Counted from the first letter of the stretch, positions 46,670-57,537 are shown. The stretch is DNA of 64,000 nucleotides from Bacteroidia bacterium (GCA_030537315.1 JAUNNZ010000007.1:381-64380), one strand, 5' to 3'. The notes: generated from the letters alone by a model not told the origin. Numbers and translations are program-made.

Positions 46670-47074
46670 CTAATAAGTCTTGTTTATTGTGTTTGACATT
46701 ATTTCCAGAGGCTCCTGAGATACAGTCTCGGCAATCTGGATTCCCTTGTCCATTTTCTGGGCTATATAGTTGAAAGTCTTTTCCAATTCTGCATATGCGG
46801 CGGCAGGGTCTTCGAAAGTGTCTTTCGGAGTATTCCGCACAGGGGCGATGAAGACGATGGCAGCGCATACGGCCACTGCCGCGAAGGCAGATGCGTATGG
46901 GATCCATGCGAAGCGGCGCTGCGCCTTCCGCTTCGTGTCTTCAGCCGCAGCTGCGGCCTCAACCGCGGCCTTTACGGTTGCCTGAAGCCCTTCCGGAACA
47001 CGGATGCTCCCGTCGGATGCTATCCGTTCCAATTCTTCGAAACTGATGTTTTCGATGTCTTCCAGATTTTTCAT
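46670..47074 (-). CDS. Putative single-TM anti-sigma factor
   Basis: VPEGL motif, one TM, DTFEDP..AY; follows the ECF sigma gene. Confidence 0.65.
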   Translation of the reverse strand: MKNLEDIENISFEELERIASDGSIRVPEGLQATVKAAVEAAAAAEDTKRKAQRRFAWIPYASAFAAVAVCAAIVFIAPVRNTPKDTFEDPAAAYAELEKTFNYIAQKMDKGIQIAETVSQEPLEIMSNTINKTY

Positions 47075-47550
47075 AACTGTCGCTTTATTGCCTTTCTTGC
47101 ATTGCTCAGGAGGACTCTGAGAGAAGTGTAGCCCAATCCTGTCTTCTCCTGGATCTCCTCGTATGACAAGCCCTGCATCGTTTTCATTTCAAGAACGGTC
47201 CGCTGGCTTCTCGGAAGCCTTTCCATCGCCTTCCTGACCCTTTCGAGCTGTTCCTTGTAAATTACAGTGTCGTCTGCACTTCCATCCGCACTGACATCAT
47301 CCTTCAACTCGGCGGTCACACGCCGGGAGGTCTTGCGTATGCGGTCGATGCAGAGATTTTTCATTAGAGTGATACAGTATGCCCCGGGGTTGCGCACCGC
47401 ATCCAGAGTGTCCCTTGAGTTCCACAGCTTGATATACAGGTCCTGCACGGCGTCCTCAGCATCGGCCTGCGACTCCAGAAGATAATACGCGACCCTGTAA
47501 AGGTTATCGCTCAGCGGAGTGTATATGTCGGAGAACTGCCGGGCGGTCAT
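47071..47550 (-). CDS. ECF RNA polymerase sigma factor
   Basis: LYRVAY.LL....AEDAVQD..IKLW, KNLCID.IR, region 4 GLSYEEI. Confidence 0.92.
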   Translation of the reverse strand: MTARQFSDIYTPLSDNLYRVAYYLLESQADAEDAVQDLYIKLWNSRDTLDAVRNPGAYCITLMKNLCIDRIRKTSRRVTAELKDDVSADGSADDTVIYKEQLERVRKAMERLPRSQRTVLEMKTMQGLSYEEIQEKTGLGYTSLRVLLSNARKAIKRQL

Positions 47551-47553
47551 CTG

Positions 47554-48081
47554 CTAATAATTGGCCTCGATGAGCTTGCCTACGGCATCCATACTTACTG
47601 AGCCGAACATACAGACCACAGCATCCTCGGAAGGGACATAGAAAATGAAATCCCTTATAATGGATGCATCATCGGAAGCCACTCCGTAGATGGAAACCTT
47701 GTCTCCACCATCCTTCGCCTCCAGAAGAAGTTCAGAGCTGCGCAGGCAATCCTGAAGGCGGACTCTGAAACTCTCCTTATCAGAGGCGGACGCGTCTCCG
47801 AATTCAATCACCACGAGTTTGTCAATGCCCTCGGCGATGTTGGAGACAAGCTGCACGTCATTATCCTCCTTCGCAGCCCTCCTCATAATGGATTTGGCGA
47901 TAGAAGTACCCAGGCTTCCGATCCTGACGACGTGGAAGCCGTCCTTCTGATCGAAATCGCTTACGAGGGACGCCATCTGTCCGTTGTCGGCAGAAGCCTT
48001 TTTCTTTTCATTGTTCGCCCCGTTGGCGCAGCTTGTGAAGGCCACGAGGCAGAGAAATGCAAATAGGAAAAACTTTTTCAT
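47554..48081 (-). CDS. DUF4252 family lipoprotein
   Basis: Likely start MKKFF at 48081; lipobox FTSC; ELLLEAKDGGDKVSIY. Confidence 0.7.
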   Translation of the reverse strand: MKKFFLFAFLCLVAFTSCANGANNEKKKASADNGQMASLVSDFDQKDGFHVVRIGSLGTSIAKSIMRRAAKEDNDVQLVSNIAEGIDKLVVIEFGDASASDKESFRVRLQDCLRSSELLLEAKDGGDKVSIYGVASDDASIIRDFIFYVPSEDAVVCMFGSVSMDAVGKLIEANY

Positions 48082-48106
48082 GATTTTTAACATTATCTGC
48101 ATTATT

Positions 48107-48130
48107 GACGCAGTCGCCGGCTATTTGTTA
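48107..48130 (-). promoter_or_regulatory. Putative ECF-dependent promoter (TAAC-N16-CGTC)
   Basis: AAC/CGT boxes with a 16-nt spacer directly upstream of the DUF4252-sigma-antisigma operon. Confidence 0.55.
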
Positions 48131-49797
48131 ACGGAAAATTCTTTTTTAGCGTAAATCGGAGTCCCGTCAGAGGCAAGGCCCTCGACGGTGACCACGAAAC
48201 GGCCCTCATATGCGGGCAGCACGACATTGACATTCAGCGTTTCTCCTGCGGCGATGTCCAGCATTGGATGCCAGTAGGCGGTCTGGCGGTAATCCGGATA
48301 ACGGCCGTCGTGAGACAGGCCGCTGCAAGTGTATGCGGCAGGATATGCCGGTCCCTGGTAATCCACAATCCTGACGTTTGCGTCAAAATTCATAGCCGGA
48401 AGATTTCCCTTGTATGTGGTAAAGTTGACCATGCCTTCAAACATACGCACACCGACACATACATTGTAAGGATATATGTCTATGACCTTGATGAGAGCCG
48501 GATCGTACGAGAGGATCTTCTGATGATTGAACACTGGCACTCCGTCAAGAAGCACAAGAGTCGATCCTTCGGCGATCCGCGCGCCATTGTGGACGTCCGA
48601 CAGCATCATCTGCAGTTCATCATGCCCGCTCCGTCTGCGCGTCCTGAGTTCGGTCACTATCTCTACGATCACCTCGTCCATTGTAGGGAATCTGGTATAG
48701 TCATCAAGGATGTATGATTTCACCGGAGCTTTCGGAAGCAGGTTCTCCCTGACCGGCAGTGCCGCAAACAGCGTGTCGGCATCAAACATTTTCTCTATCT
48801 GGCTTGCCGCGCCACGCGTCTGAATGCGGTCGGAATAACCGGAATACAATTTGAGCCGTTCAATGTCGCCTGCCGGGGCATTGACGAAAGGCGAGTCCAG
48901 TTCAAAATGGCCGGAAGTTTCCGCGCCGATATTCTCAATCTCACACACAAGGTCTCTTGAACCGTAAATGTTGCAGGTATAGAACGATACTGCCCCGTCT
49001 TTTGTTATTTCTGAGGAATAGACATTCTCGAAGCTGCCGGGAGTGGAGATGAATGCATAGAAACCAGCCAGAGAATCGATCTGGGCCGGGCTCAGTCCAA
49101 CCACCCTGCCCGTAATGATTTCGCCTTCATATTCAGGAATGACATTGCCGGCAAACCCGGTATCCGGCCTGATGCCTGATTTGAAATCAGCTATGGAAAT
49201 CTGTTGAGGGGCACCGATTCCGTCGTCGTGCCATACTGACAAGCTGACCGTCGCATCCTTGTCGCTGCTGAGCTGGAGGGTGGCGGAGCCGGCCGGCTTT
49301 GCCGCATCGGGCGCGGCGATATCGAACGCGCCCGTCTCCGCAGGCGAGGCAGCGCCTGCGGGCGCTTCCGCAACCACATCCACCCCACCCTCGACACGGT
49401 CAGATGAAAGAGTGTTGTACACGCTGATGGTTTTCGCAAAAGCGGAATAGTCAAAACCCTCCTCGTTCCTGTTCAGGGCAGTATATGCAAACAGTTTGTA
49501 ATTGCCTGTCGGCAAATTCGCCGGAAGTTGCATCACGGTCGCTCCACGGCCGCCGACAAGGGCCGCCTTTGCCGTGCAGACCATTTCAGAGGCTGAATGC
49601 AGCTCAATATACGCCACACTGCTGAAATCGGCGAAAACTCCGGTTGCGGCATCGACACAGAAAGCCGAGCACCACACCCTGTCCCCAGCCACATAAACCT
49701 GACGGTCAGTAGTGATATATGTCCTTTCGGACAGCCCTTGCGCCCACAATACGGCAGTTGCAAGCAATAACAATGATATCGTGAATATTCGCTTCAT
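48121..49797 (-). CDS. Exported protein of the TonB-receptor/DUF4249 module (MG2-like N-terminus, plug-like region)
   Basis: ERTYITTDRQVY.AGD.VW, LPTGNYKL.AYT, LDDYTRF, LLDGVPV, PDYRQT.YW.P. Confidence 0.75.
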   Translation of the reverse strand: MKRIFTISLLLLATAVLWAQGLSERTYITTDRQVYVAGDRVWCSAFCVDAATGVFADFSSVAYIELHSASEMVCTAKAALVGGRGATVMQLPANLPTGNYKLFAYTALNRNEEGFDYSAFAKTISVYNTLSSDRVEGGVDVVAEAPAGAASPAETGAFDIAAPDAAKPAGSATLQLSSDKDATVSLSVWHDDGIGAPQQISIADFKSGIRPDTGFAGNVIPEYEGEIITGRVVGLSPAQIDSLAGFYAFISTPGSFENVYSSEITKDGAVSFYTCNIYGSRDLVCEIENIGAETSGHFELDSPFVNAPAGDIERLKLYSGYSDRIQTRGAASQIEKMFDADTLFAALPVRENLLPKAPVKSYILDDYTRFPTMDEVIVEIVTELRTRRRSGHDELQMMLSDVHNGARIAEGSTLVLLDGVPVFNHQKILSYDPALIKVIDIYPYNVCVGVRMFEGMVNFTTYKGNLPAMNFDANVRIVDYQGPAYPAAYTCSGLSHDGRYPDYRQTAYWHPMLDIAAGETLNVNVVLPAYEGRFVVTVEGLASDGTPIYAKKEFSVNK

Positions 49798-49800
49798 ATC

Positions 49801-51006
49801 CTATTTGTCTGTTGTCGGCCAGTCGTCCGGTTTGTTCTTCGTACCGCCAAGTTTCGTACAGTCGAGGCACTCTACAGGATATCCCCAGACCTGGCCTTGC
49901 AAAAAGTCATGATAAAAAGGACGCCAGCCCTGAAGATACCTTCTCAAGTACTCGCCCTCACTGAGCACTTCTTCCTGGAATTCATATGGCATCTTGCCCA
50001 TCTTATAGAAATCAGCATCCTCATCCGAGACATACAGGCGGGCCTTCTTCGGGAAAACGACCGCGATATAACCATATACCATTTCATCGGGATCCGTGGT
50101 GCAGGAAAGATTGCCTTTCATTGCGCTCGGGATAGGAGAGAACAGGTCACCTGTGTAGGAGGAAATACTCTTCAGGTTCTCGTAATACTTGTAGCTGCCC
50201 GCGGACACAGGATAGACGGTCAGGTCAATACGATACATTATCGACATCTTCTGGTCATTGGGCGAGAAGAATTTGAAAGGATAATCAACAAGCCTGTCTT
50301 CCGACATATCCTCGGTCGTGGCCAGATTTATGCCGCGCGACACTGTGTGGTTCCAGCAGTAATAAGTGTTGGAGGATGCTCCGAAATCAAGGACCTGACC
50401 GTTCGGATGCGACGCGTCGGGCATTTCGTAGTAAGTGGAAGCACGGTTATATGTGGTATACTCCCAATCCTCTTCATAACTGTACCGGAAGTGCTTGCTG
50501 GCGCCGTTGGAGTGCAGGCTCATCCTGATCGCCAGTTCCTCCTTGTCCCTGTCCACGACATAGGAGAGGTTATCCAGGACAAGGTCGCCTTCCGGGTGTA
50601 TCCATTCGGAGACATACTCTCTCTTTACCGAACCGGAAGCCGGGTTCATCCCGGTATTGTCAAGAGAGACCCTGAGCCTGTACGAAGCTGACGGTTGGCC
50701 CGGCTCATATTTAATGTCGGTCAAGTCGACAACGCTTTCATATTCATTGCCCGTCTTCTGATTCACGCCTTCCCTGGAATAGCCGTTGTCACCTTCGACA
50801 AAGACCCTGGCAGCGATTGTCCGCCGCTGGCTGTAAGGGGAATCCAGCGACTGAACCCTTGAGACCTGGAAATAGGACATCTCCCCGAGAAGTATATCTC
50901 CCTCGATCACGATGTCATCCACGGTCTTTTCAGGCACGAAATCGTACGGATAGACGCAGGACACCGCAAGAAGCGCAAGCGCAAACGCATATATGTATTT
51001 CTTCAT
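49801..51006 (-). CDS. DUF4249 family lipoprotein
   Basis: Lipobox AVSC; VIEG.I, Y.YEEDWEY, F.P.P....GN, GY, C.DCT..GG..KP.DW. Confidence 0.85.
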   Translation of the reverse strand: MKKYIYAFALALLAVSCVYPYDFVPEKTVDDIVIEGDILLGEMSYFQVSRVQSLDSPYSQRRTIAARVFVEGDNGYSREGVNQKTGNEYESVVDLTDIKYEPGQPSASYRLRVSLDNTGMNPASGSVKREYVSEWIHPEGDLVLDNLSYVVDRDKEELAIRMSLHSNGASKHFRYSYEEDWEYTTYNRASTYYEMPDASHPNGQVLDFGASSNTYYCWNHTVSRGINLATTEDMSEDRLVDYPFKFFSPNDQKMSIMYRIDLTVYPVSAGSYKYYENLKSISSYTGDLFSPIPSAMKGNLSCTTDPDEMVYGYIAVVFPKKARLYVSDEDADFYKMGKMPYEFQEEVLSEGEYLRRYLQGWRPFYHDFLQGQVWGYPVECLDCTKLGGTKNKPDDWPTTDK

Positions 51007-53666
51007 TAGAATTTCAGGTTAATGTTGATGTAAGGGATAGGACAGGCGAAAACGGAAAGCATATATCCGTTGACGTTGGACGTATTGTTTGACGTGAAAT
51101 ACACCGAATAGGCATTCTTCCGGCCTGTGATATTGTATACTCCAAGGGTGATCGAGAAATGTGTCAGCTGCTTCAGATAGTGGCTCGGTTCTATAATGAG
51201 TGCCGCATCCATTCTGAAATAATCCGGGATTCTATATGAATTCCTTTCTGAATACGCGAGGACATATGTCTCGGCGAACCAGTATTTGCCTACAGGTACC
51301 GTGATAGGACGGCCTGTGGCATAATCCGCGTTCAGCGAAACGCTGAAGCGGTGCGTGAATTTGTAGTTCAGCACCATCTTGAAATCGTGCGGCTTGTCGT
51401 GGGTGGTGCTGTACCACTGACCGCCGTTGATGGTCTGCCCCCCGCGGTCACTGAGATCGCGCAATTGAGAACGGGAGTAAGTGTAGGACAGCCAGCCGTT
51501 GAGCTTGCCGAGATTTTTCCTTGCCATGAACTCAACGCCATAAGCGCGGCCTTCGGTCTCAATGAGATAATCAGGAAGGTCCGGATTCATCACAAGCTTC
51601 GCCCCCGGCAGATAGTCAAGGTAATGAGCCATCTTCTTGTAGTATCCTTCCAGTGAAAGTTCAACCTGGCCGACGGTCCAATATAAACCGGCGGCACCCT
51701 GCCATCCCGTCTGAGGCCGTATCCTCTCGTCGCTCAACTGCCAGGTGTCCATAGGAGAGATCGAGGTGTTGTTGGATATGAGGTGGATGTTCTGGCTCAT
51801 GGTGTTGAAGCCGGCCTTGACGGAGAGGTTGTCAAGGAACGAATATTTTCCCGACAGCCTGACTTCAGGATAGAAATAGAATTTCTTTGACTTCAAGGAC
51901 ATATATCCGTCAAGTCGTACACCATACTCCAGGGCGAGTTTGTCCGTAGCGTGCCAAGAGTCACTCATATAGACCGCGAGGTCAAGTGCCTTCTGTCTGT
52001 CAAGATAGTCGGGAGTAATGAGGGAACCGACGAGAAGCGGGGTGTAAGATCCCGGATTGAGATTGTAATAGATTCCGTTGACGCCATATGAAAGCGTGTG
52101 GCTTCCGAGAATCGACTTGAATCCCAGCTTTGCGTATCCCTGATTGATTCTCGTCGCCATCTCGTATGACTGAGGCTCATAATGGGTTTCCTGCAGGGAG
52201 CTTGAGAAGCTGTCGTAGCCGCCCACAAGGGTCATCGTATTGCGTTCATTGATATGGCTGATCCACTTCACGGAAACGTTCAGGTTGGAATAACGGAATG
52301 TGGTGTCCGATGAGAAGCCGAAGCGGTCACGGGACCAGTAGCCGTTCACGTGAAGGGAATTGTTGTCATCGAACTTGTGGGTGAGTCCGACGTTCACGTC
52401 GCTGAATGAGGCAGAGCCTCCAGAATAGGCGCTCTCTTCCTTCGGAAGCATGCGGAGCATCCAGTCGGAGTAGGTCGTGCGGCCGCCGACGATGAAGGTG
52501 GTCTTCCCCTTTTTGATCGGGCCTTCTATCATGAAGTTACTGGTAAGAAGGCCGACACCGACCGATCCTGTGATCTTGTTGGCGTTGCCTTCCTTGCCCC
52601 GGATGTCGAGGACGGATGAGATTCTGCCGCCGAACTCCGCAGGGATGGAACTCTTGTACAGTTCGACGTCATTGATGACGTCCGCATTGAAGGACGACAG
52701 GACACCGAACATATGGCTCGGATTATAAATGGTTCCTTCGTTGAAGAGGATAAGGTTCTGGTCAACGGCGCCGCCGCGCACGTTGAATCCCGTCGCGGCC
52801 TCGCCTGCCGTCTTGACGCCCGGCAGGGTCAGTACCACCTTGAGGACATCCGGCTCGCCGAATACTGCCGGCACTTTCTTGATCGTTGTCAAGCGGATGC
52901 GCTCGATGCCCATCTTGGCGTCGCGGTGCGCCGACTGGTTCTCGGCGGAGATGACCGCTCCCTTGAGGGATATGACCTTCTCCTTCATCTGCACGTCCAG
53001 TCCGCCGTCGTTGTACACGACAAGGTTGAGCTTCAGGTCCTCCATGGAGTAGCCGCTGAAGCAGAGCACATTCTCGCCGACGGGAAGTTCCACGCGGTAG
53101 AGACCATTGACGTCTGTAAGGGAATATGCACCCGTCTTTTCATCATAAACGGAAACACCCACAAGCGGCTCACCGCTTGAGATGTCGCGTACGCTGCCGC
53201 GCACGTACGCCTTCTTCTTGCCGGCCACGGCGTGGTCACCGATTTCATATATCTTGTTGCGGAAAGTCGCAAGCAGATTCTCCTCCTCGTGCAGGACTGT
53301 CATCCCGTCTTTCTTCGCTTCCCTGACTCCATCCGAGAAATAATCGGACGGCAATGATGCGACATTGAGAGACTTTCCCGACGAAACGAAATATGCGCCG
53401 TCATAGCTGACAACGGAATATCCTTTCTCCTTAAGGGCCTTGAACGCGGCCGCGGCAAAGTCACCGCGGAGAGTTTCGATGGTATAGGACGCGACATCCT
53501 CGGCATCCTTGAGGAAATAGACGGTCTGGCCCAGTTCCTTGCGGAGGCAGTCAACCACCACGTCGGAAGAGACACGCTTGACTATGAGTGAGTCAACGGC
53601 CAGAAGTCTTTGCGGCAGGATCAGCGCTGCGCCGAACAGTGCCGCCAGAATGAGTTTGCCTTTCAT
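51006..53666 (-). CDS. TonB-dependent receptor
   Basis: Carboxypeptidase-reg-like domain; plug GEPDVLK...LPGV, NVRGG..DQNL, GGRISSV; C-terminal Phe. Confidence 0.93.
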   Translation of the reverse strand: MKGKLILAALFGAALILPQRLLAVDSLIVKRVSSDVVVDCLRKELGQTVYFLKDAEDVASYTIETLRGDFAAAAFKALKEKGYSVVSYDGAYFVSSGKSLNVASLPSDYFSDGVREAKKDGMTVLHEEENLLATFRNKIYEIGDHAVAGKKKAYVRGSVRDISSGEPLVGVSVYDEKTGAYSLTDVNGLYRVELPVGENVLCFSGYSMEDLKLNLVVYNDGGLDVQMKEKVISLKGAVISAENQSAHRDAKMGIERIRLTTIKKVPAVFGEPDVLKVVLTLPGVKTAGEAATGFNVRGGAVDQNLILFNEGTIYNPSHMFGVLSSFNADVINDVELYKSSIPAEFGGRISSVLDIRGKEGNANKITGSVGVGLLTSNFMIEGPIKKGKTTFIVGGRTTYSDWMLRMLPKEESAYSGGSASFSDVNVGLTHKFDDNNSLHVNGYWSRDRFGFSSDTTFRYSNLNVSVKWISHINERNTMTLVGGYDSFSSSLQETHYEPQSYEMATRINQGYAKLGFKSILGSHTLSYGVNGIYYNLNPGSYTPLLVGSLITPDYLDRQKALDLAVYMSDSWHATDKLALEYGVRLDGYMSLKSKKFYFYPEVRLSGKYSFLDNLSVKAGFNTMSQNIHLISNNTSISPMDTWQLSDERIRPQTGWQGAAGLYWTVGQVELSLEGYYKKMAHYLDYLPGAKLVMNPDLPDYLIETEGRAYGVEFMARKNLGKLNGWLSYTYSRSQLRDLSDRGGQTINGGQWYSTTHDKPHDFKMVLNYKFTHRFSVSLNADYATGRPITVPVGKYWFAETYVLAYSERNSYRIPDYFRMDAALIIEPSHYLKQLTHFSITLGVYNITGRKNAYSVYFTSNNTSNVNGYMLSVFACPIPYININLKF

Positions 53667-54286
53667 TTCAACAGCTGTTCGGCCTTACGGCGGCCAATCT
53701 TCTTGAGTTTGTCGTTCTTGATGGTGTAGTAATAGCGCTTGATGATAAAACAGTCAATGACATCAGGCCTGTAATATTCGTCATCGTAGCCGATTCCAGA
53801 ATAACCGTTGTTGTTGCTGACGTTTGACGTAATATATTTGATGACCCTGTAGTACACCGGGATATCACCTGTCCGTTTCTCAATATAGAATCCAGGCTCG
53901 GCGTTTGCCAATACGTTTTCGCGCTCGAGGTTCACGAACCTCTCGCCGTCAATCTCGAACCACTCGACATAATCGCGTATAAGCGTGACCTCGGCGGAGC
54001 CGGCAGATGCCCGGGTAAGCAGTTCCTGTTCATAAGCATCCACGTTAAGAAGGACGTCAGTATAGATCCTGCCGTTATAGCAAAGACTGCCGGTCTTATA
54101 TTCGCGGCTGTCCCAGAAATAGTGTCCGTTATATCTGAAGTTGTATTTTTTAGCTCCCCGCCCCCGATAAAGGACGGATTTTGTTCCCGCCGACGCTGCA
54201 AAGGAGTCATACTCGGGACCGCCTTGCGCACAGACTGACAGCGACAGAAGCATCAGGAAGACAATCAATATCCCAATCTTTCGCAT
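53663..54286 (-). CDS. Exported hypothetical protein heading the TonB-receptor operon
   Basis: Likely start MRKIG at 54286; signal peptide; LYRG, G.L.YNG..Y.DV.L..D.Y..EL. Confidence 0.75.
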   Translation of the reverse strand: MRKIGILIVFLMLLSLSVCAQGGPEYDSFAASAGTKSVLYRGRGAKKYNFRYNGHYFWDSREYKTGSLCYNGRIYTDVLLNVDAYEQELLTRASAGSAEVTLIRDYVEWFEIDGERFVNLERENVLANAEPGFYIEKRTGDIPVYYRVIKYITSNVSNNNGYSGIGYDDEYYRPDVIDCFIIKRYYYTIKNDKLKKIGRRKAEQLLK

Positions 54287-54303
54287 TTGACTGTAAATTT
54301 TGT

Positions 54304-54311
54304 CAAATTTA
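54304..54311 (-). promoter_or_regulatory. -7 element (TAAATTTG) for the TonB-receptor operon
   Basis: TAnnTTTG match 17 nt upstream of the ATG at 54286. Confidence 0.55.
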
Positions 54312-54360
54312 ATAAAATATATACGTAAATTTATGGGCTGAAAACGCATTTATATAGGTT

Positions 54361-55401
54361 ATGGCAAAAGTTATCACGTTCGGGGAGATAATGCTCAGAT
54401 TATCCACCCCGGGTTACTTGAGATTTGCGCAGGCAAAGCAGTTTGACGCCACCTTCGGCGGCGGGGAAGCCAACGTCGCGGTCTCCCTCGCAAACTACGG
54501 CATCGACACCGATTTCATCACCAGACTTCCGGACAACGACATAGCGCGCTCCTGCGTGCGCGACCTCCGTTCTTACGGAGTAGGCACCTCCAACATCATT
54601 TACGGAGGTGACCGCGTGGGCATCTATTTCCTCGAGACCGGCGCGGTCGCCCGTCCAAGCAAGGTCGTCTATGACCGCGCCGGATCTTCCATCGCAACCA
54701 TCCAGAAGGGTATGATAGACTGGCCGGCCGTGTTCGCCGGCGCGGACTGGTTCCATTGGACCGGCATCACCCCTGCCCTCAGCCAGGGCGCTGCGGATGT
54801 CTGCCTGGAAGCCATCCAGGCCGCGGGCAGGCTCGGCATCACAGTCAGCTGCGACCTCAACTACCGCAAGAATCTCTGGAAATACGGCAAGCAGGCCTCT
54901 GAAATAATGCCCGCCCTCGTGGAAGGCTGCGACATCATCCTCGGCAACGAGGAGGATGCCGACAAGGTCTTCGGCATCAAGCCGGAAGGCTTCGACGTCA
55001 CCGCCACCGGCGGCGCCATCGACCAGAAGCGCTTCCAGAGCGTCGGCGAGCAGCTTATGGCCCGCTTCCCTCGCGCAAAGAAGGTCATCATCACCCTCCG
55101 CGGCTCCATCAACGCCAACCACAACACCTGGGGCGGCGTCCTTTGGGATGGAAAGACACTCTACCAGTCACCGCGCTACGACATCACCCACATCGTCGAC
55201 CGCGTCGGCGGCGGCGACTCCTTTATGGGCGGCCTGATCTACGGCCTCCTCACATACAAGGGAGATGACCAGAAGGCCCTCAACTTCGCCGTTGCCGCCT
55301 CCTGCCTCAAGCACACCATCTTCGGCGACTTCAACCAGGTCACCGTCAAGGAAGTCGAGAACCTGATGGCCGGCGACGCCTCCGGCCGCGTCGCGAGATA
55401 A
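54361..55401 (+). CDS. kdgK: 2-keto-3-deoxygluconate kinase (PfkB family)
   Basis: FGEIMLRL, GGGEANVA, DLNYR..LW, DRVGGGDSF. Confidence 0.92.
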   Translation: MAKVITFGEIMLRLSTPGYLRFAQAKQFDATFGGGEANVAVSLANYGIDTDFITRLPDNDIARSCVRDLRSYGVGTSNIIYGGDRVGIYFLETGAVARPSKVVYDRAGSSIATIQKGMIDWPAVFAGADWFHWTGITPALSQGAADVCLEAIQAAGRLGITVSCDLNYRKNLWKYGKQASEIMPALVEGCDIILGNEEDADKVFGIKPEGFDVTATGGAIDQKRFQSVGEQLMARFPRAKKVIITLRGSINANHNTWGGVLWDGKTLYQSPRYDITHIVDRVGGGDSFMGGLIYGLLTYKGDDQKALNFAVAASCLKHTIFGDFNQVTVKEVENLMAGDASGRVAR

Positions 55402-55407
55402 ACGATT

Positions 55408-56061
55408 ATGGACAAGAAGATAATTTATGATACCATCGGGCAGACCGGAATGGTTCCGGTGTTCTACAATCCCGACATCGAGGTCAGCAAGAAGGTGCTC
55501 AAGGCCTGCTATGACGGCGGCGTGAGGGCTTTCGAGTTCACGAACCGCGGCGACAAGGCGGCGGAAGTGTTCGCGGAGCTGGCTAAATACGTAAAGGAAC
55601 TGCCGGGTATGATACTCGGAGTCGGCTCCATCTCATTCGGCAGGGATGCCCGCAAGTTCATTAAGCTTGGCGCGCAGTTCGTGGTGAGCCCGCAGTTCGT
55701 GCCCGACGTGGTCACGGTCTGCCGCTGGCGCCGCGTTCCGTATATGCCCGGTTGCGGCACCGTGTCCGAAGTCGGACGTGCCCAGCGCGCGGGCTGCGAA
55801 GTCTGCAAGGTGTTCCCCGGTGACGTGCTGGGTCCCGCCTTCGTAAAGGCTCTCCGCGCCCCTATGCCTTGGAGCAAGCTGATGGTCACCGGCGGCGTCA
55901 AGCCGGAAAAGGCCAACCTCGAAGCCTGGTTCAAGGCCGGCGTCACCTGCGTCGGGATGGGCTCGAACCTCTTCCCGAAAGACGTAATCGCCGCAGGCGA
56001 ATGGGACAAGATCACAGAACTATGTAAAAACGCACTTGAAATAATCAAAGAAGTTAAATAA
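55408..56061 (+). CDS. eda: KHG/KDPG aldolase
   Basis: FEFTNRG, F.VSP, PGC.T.SE, KVFPG, TGGV, GMGS. Confidence 0.92.
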   Translation: MDKKIIYDTIGQTGMVPVFYNPDIEVSKKVLKACYDGGVRAFEFTNRGDKAAEVFAELAKYVKELPGMILGVGSISFGRDARKFIKLGAQFVVSPQFVPDVVTVCRWRRVPYMPGCGTVSEVGRAQRAGCEVCKVFPGDVLGPAFVKALRAPMPWSKLMVTGGVKPEKANLEAWFKAGVTCVGMGSNLFPKDVIAAGEWDKITELCKNALEIIKEVK

Positions 56062-57488
56062 TGTCTGGCACACAACAAAAACTGATGACCAACTGGCGCT
56101 GGTGGCTTTGCTCGCTGCTTTTCGTGGCGACCACCGTCAACTACCTCGACCGCCAGGTACTTTCACTCACATACGAAGAATTCATCAAACCGGAGTTCCA
56201 CTGGACCGACGCCAACTACGGCACCATTACCAGTTTCTTCTCCATCTTCTACGCCATCGCCGTCCTCTTCGCCGGCAAGTTCGTTGATTGGATGGGGACG
56301 AAGAAAGGCTACCTCATCGCCATAGGCGTGTGGTCCGCGGGCGCCTGCCTGCACGCGCTCTGCGGCGAGGCGACCAGCCTCATCATCGCCAAGAACGCGA
56401 TGCTGGCCATCTCCACCGTATCAGTTTACCTCTTCCTTCTCTGCCGCGGCATCCTCGCCCTCGGCGAATCGGGCAACTTCCCTGCCGCCATCAAGGTGAC
56501 CGCGGAATACTTCCCGAAGAAGGACCGCGCGTTCGCGACGTCCATCTTCAACGCCGGCGCATCCGTCGGCGCCCTCGCCGCCCCGCTCTGCATCCCGCCT
56601 CTTGCAGTGAAGTTCGGCTGGGAGATGGCATTCATCATCATCGGCGCCCTCGGCTTCGTATGGATGTTCTTCTGGGCGTTTATGTACGAAAAGCCGGAAA
56701 AGAGCAGCCACGTGAATGCCGCCGAGCTCGAATACATCCATCAGGACGACGCTGAAGAAGCCGCAGCCAAGGCAGCCGAAGCCGCACAGGCTGCCGAAGA
56801 AAAGACAATCCCGTTCTTCAAGTGCTTCACCTTCAAGCAGACCTGGCAGTTCATCGTCGGCAAATTCTTCACCGACGGCGTCTGGTGGTTCTTCCTCTTC
56901 TGGGCACCTTCCTACTTCAGCAACCAGTTCAACGCCCCGGCCACATCATCACAGGGACAGTGGCTGATCTTCACGCTCTACGCCATCGTGACCGTCGTCT
57001 CCATTTTCGGCGGCTACCTGCCGAAGATTTTCGTTGAAAAGAAAGGAATGCAGCCATACAGCGGCCGAATGCTAGCGATGCTGATGTTCGCCTTCCTGCC
57101 TATCGCCGCGCTCTTCGCGCAGCCTCTCGGCATCAACCTGAACACTCCGTGGTGGCCGGCCGTCCTTATCGGACTCGCCGGTGCAGGCCATCAGGCCTGG
57201 AGCGCCAACCTCTACTCCACCATCGGTGATATGTTCCCGAAGAGCACCATCGCCACCATCACCGGCATAGGAACTATGGCCGGAGGACTCGGCTCAATGT
57301 TCGTCCAGAAGATTGCCGGCAACCTCTTCACCTACGCCGAGAAGGCGGGCGAAGCCTTCAGCTTCCTCGGCTTCACCGGCAAGCCTGCCGGCTACTTCGT
57401 GATGTTCTGCTACTGCGGTGTCGCCTACCTCATCGCCTGGTTCATAATGAAGGCCCTCGTGCCGAAATACAAGCCGATAGAGGTTTAG
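56061..57488 (+). CDS. exuT: MFS hexuronate transporter (ExuT-like)
   Basis: NYLDRQ, GESGNFPAAIK, FNAGA, FTDGVWWF, HQAWSAN. Confidence 0.82.
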   Translation: MSGTQQKLMTNWRWWLCSLLFVATTVNYLDRQVLSLTYEEFIKPEFHWTDANYGTITSFFSIFYAIAVLFAGKFVDWMGTKKGYLIAIGVWSAGACLHALCGEATSLIIAKNAMLAISTVSVYLFLLCRGILALGESGNFPAAIKVTAEYFPKKDRAFATSIFNAGASVGALAAPLCIPPLAVKFGWEMAFIIIGALGFVWMFFWAFMYEKPEKSSHVNAAELEYIHQDDAEEAAAKAAEAAQAAEEKTIPFFKCFTFKQTWQFIVGKFFTDGVWWFFLFWAPSYFSNQFNAPATSSQGQWLIFTLYAIVTVVSIFGGYLPKIFVEKKGMQPYSGRMLAMLMFAFLPIAALFAQPLGINLNTPWWPAVLIGLAGAGHQAWSANLYSTIGDMFPKSTIATITGIGTMAGGLGSMFVQKIAGNLFTYAEKAGEAFSFLGFTGKPAGYFVMFCYCGVAYLIAWFIMKALVPKYKPIEV

Positions 57489-57537
57489 TACAATCCCTGA
57501 CGACGACAAGGAGTATAACGCAAAAAACGTAATGTAA

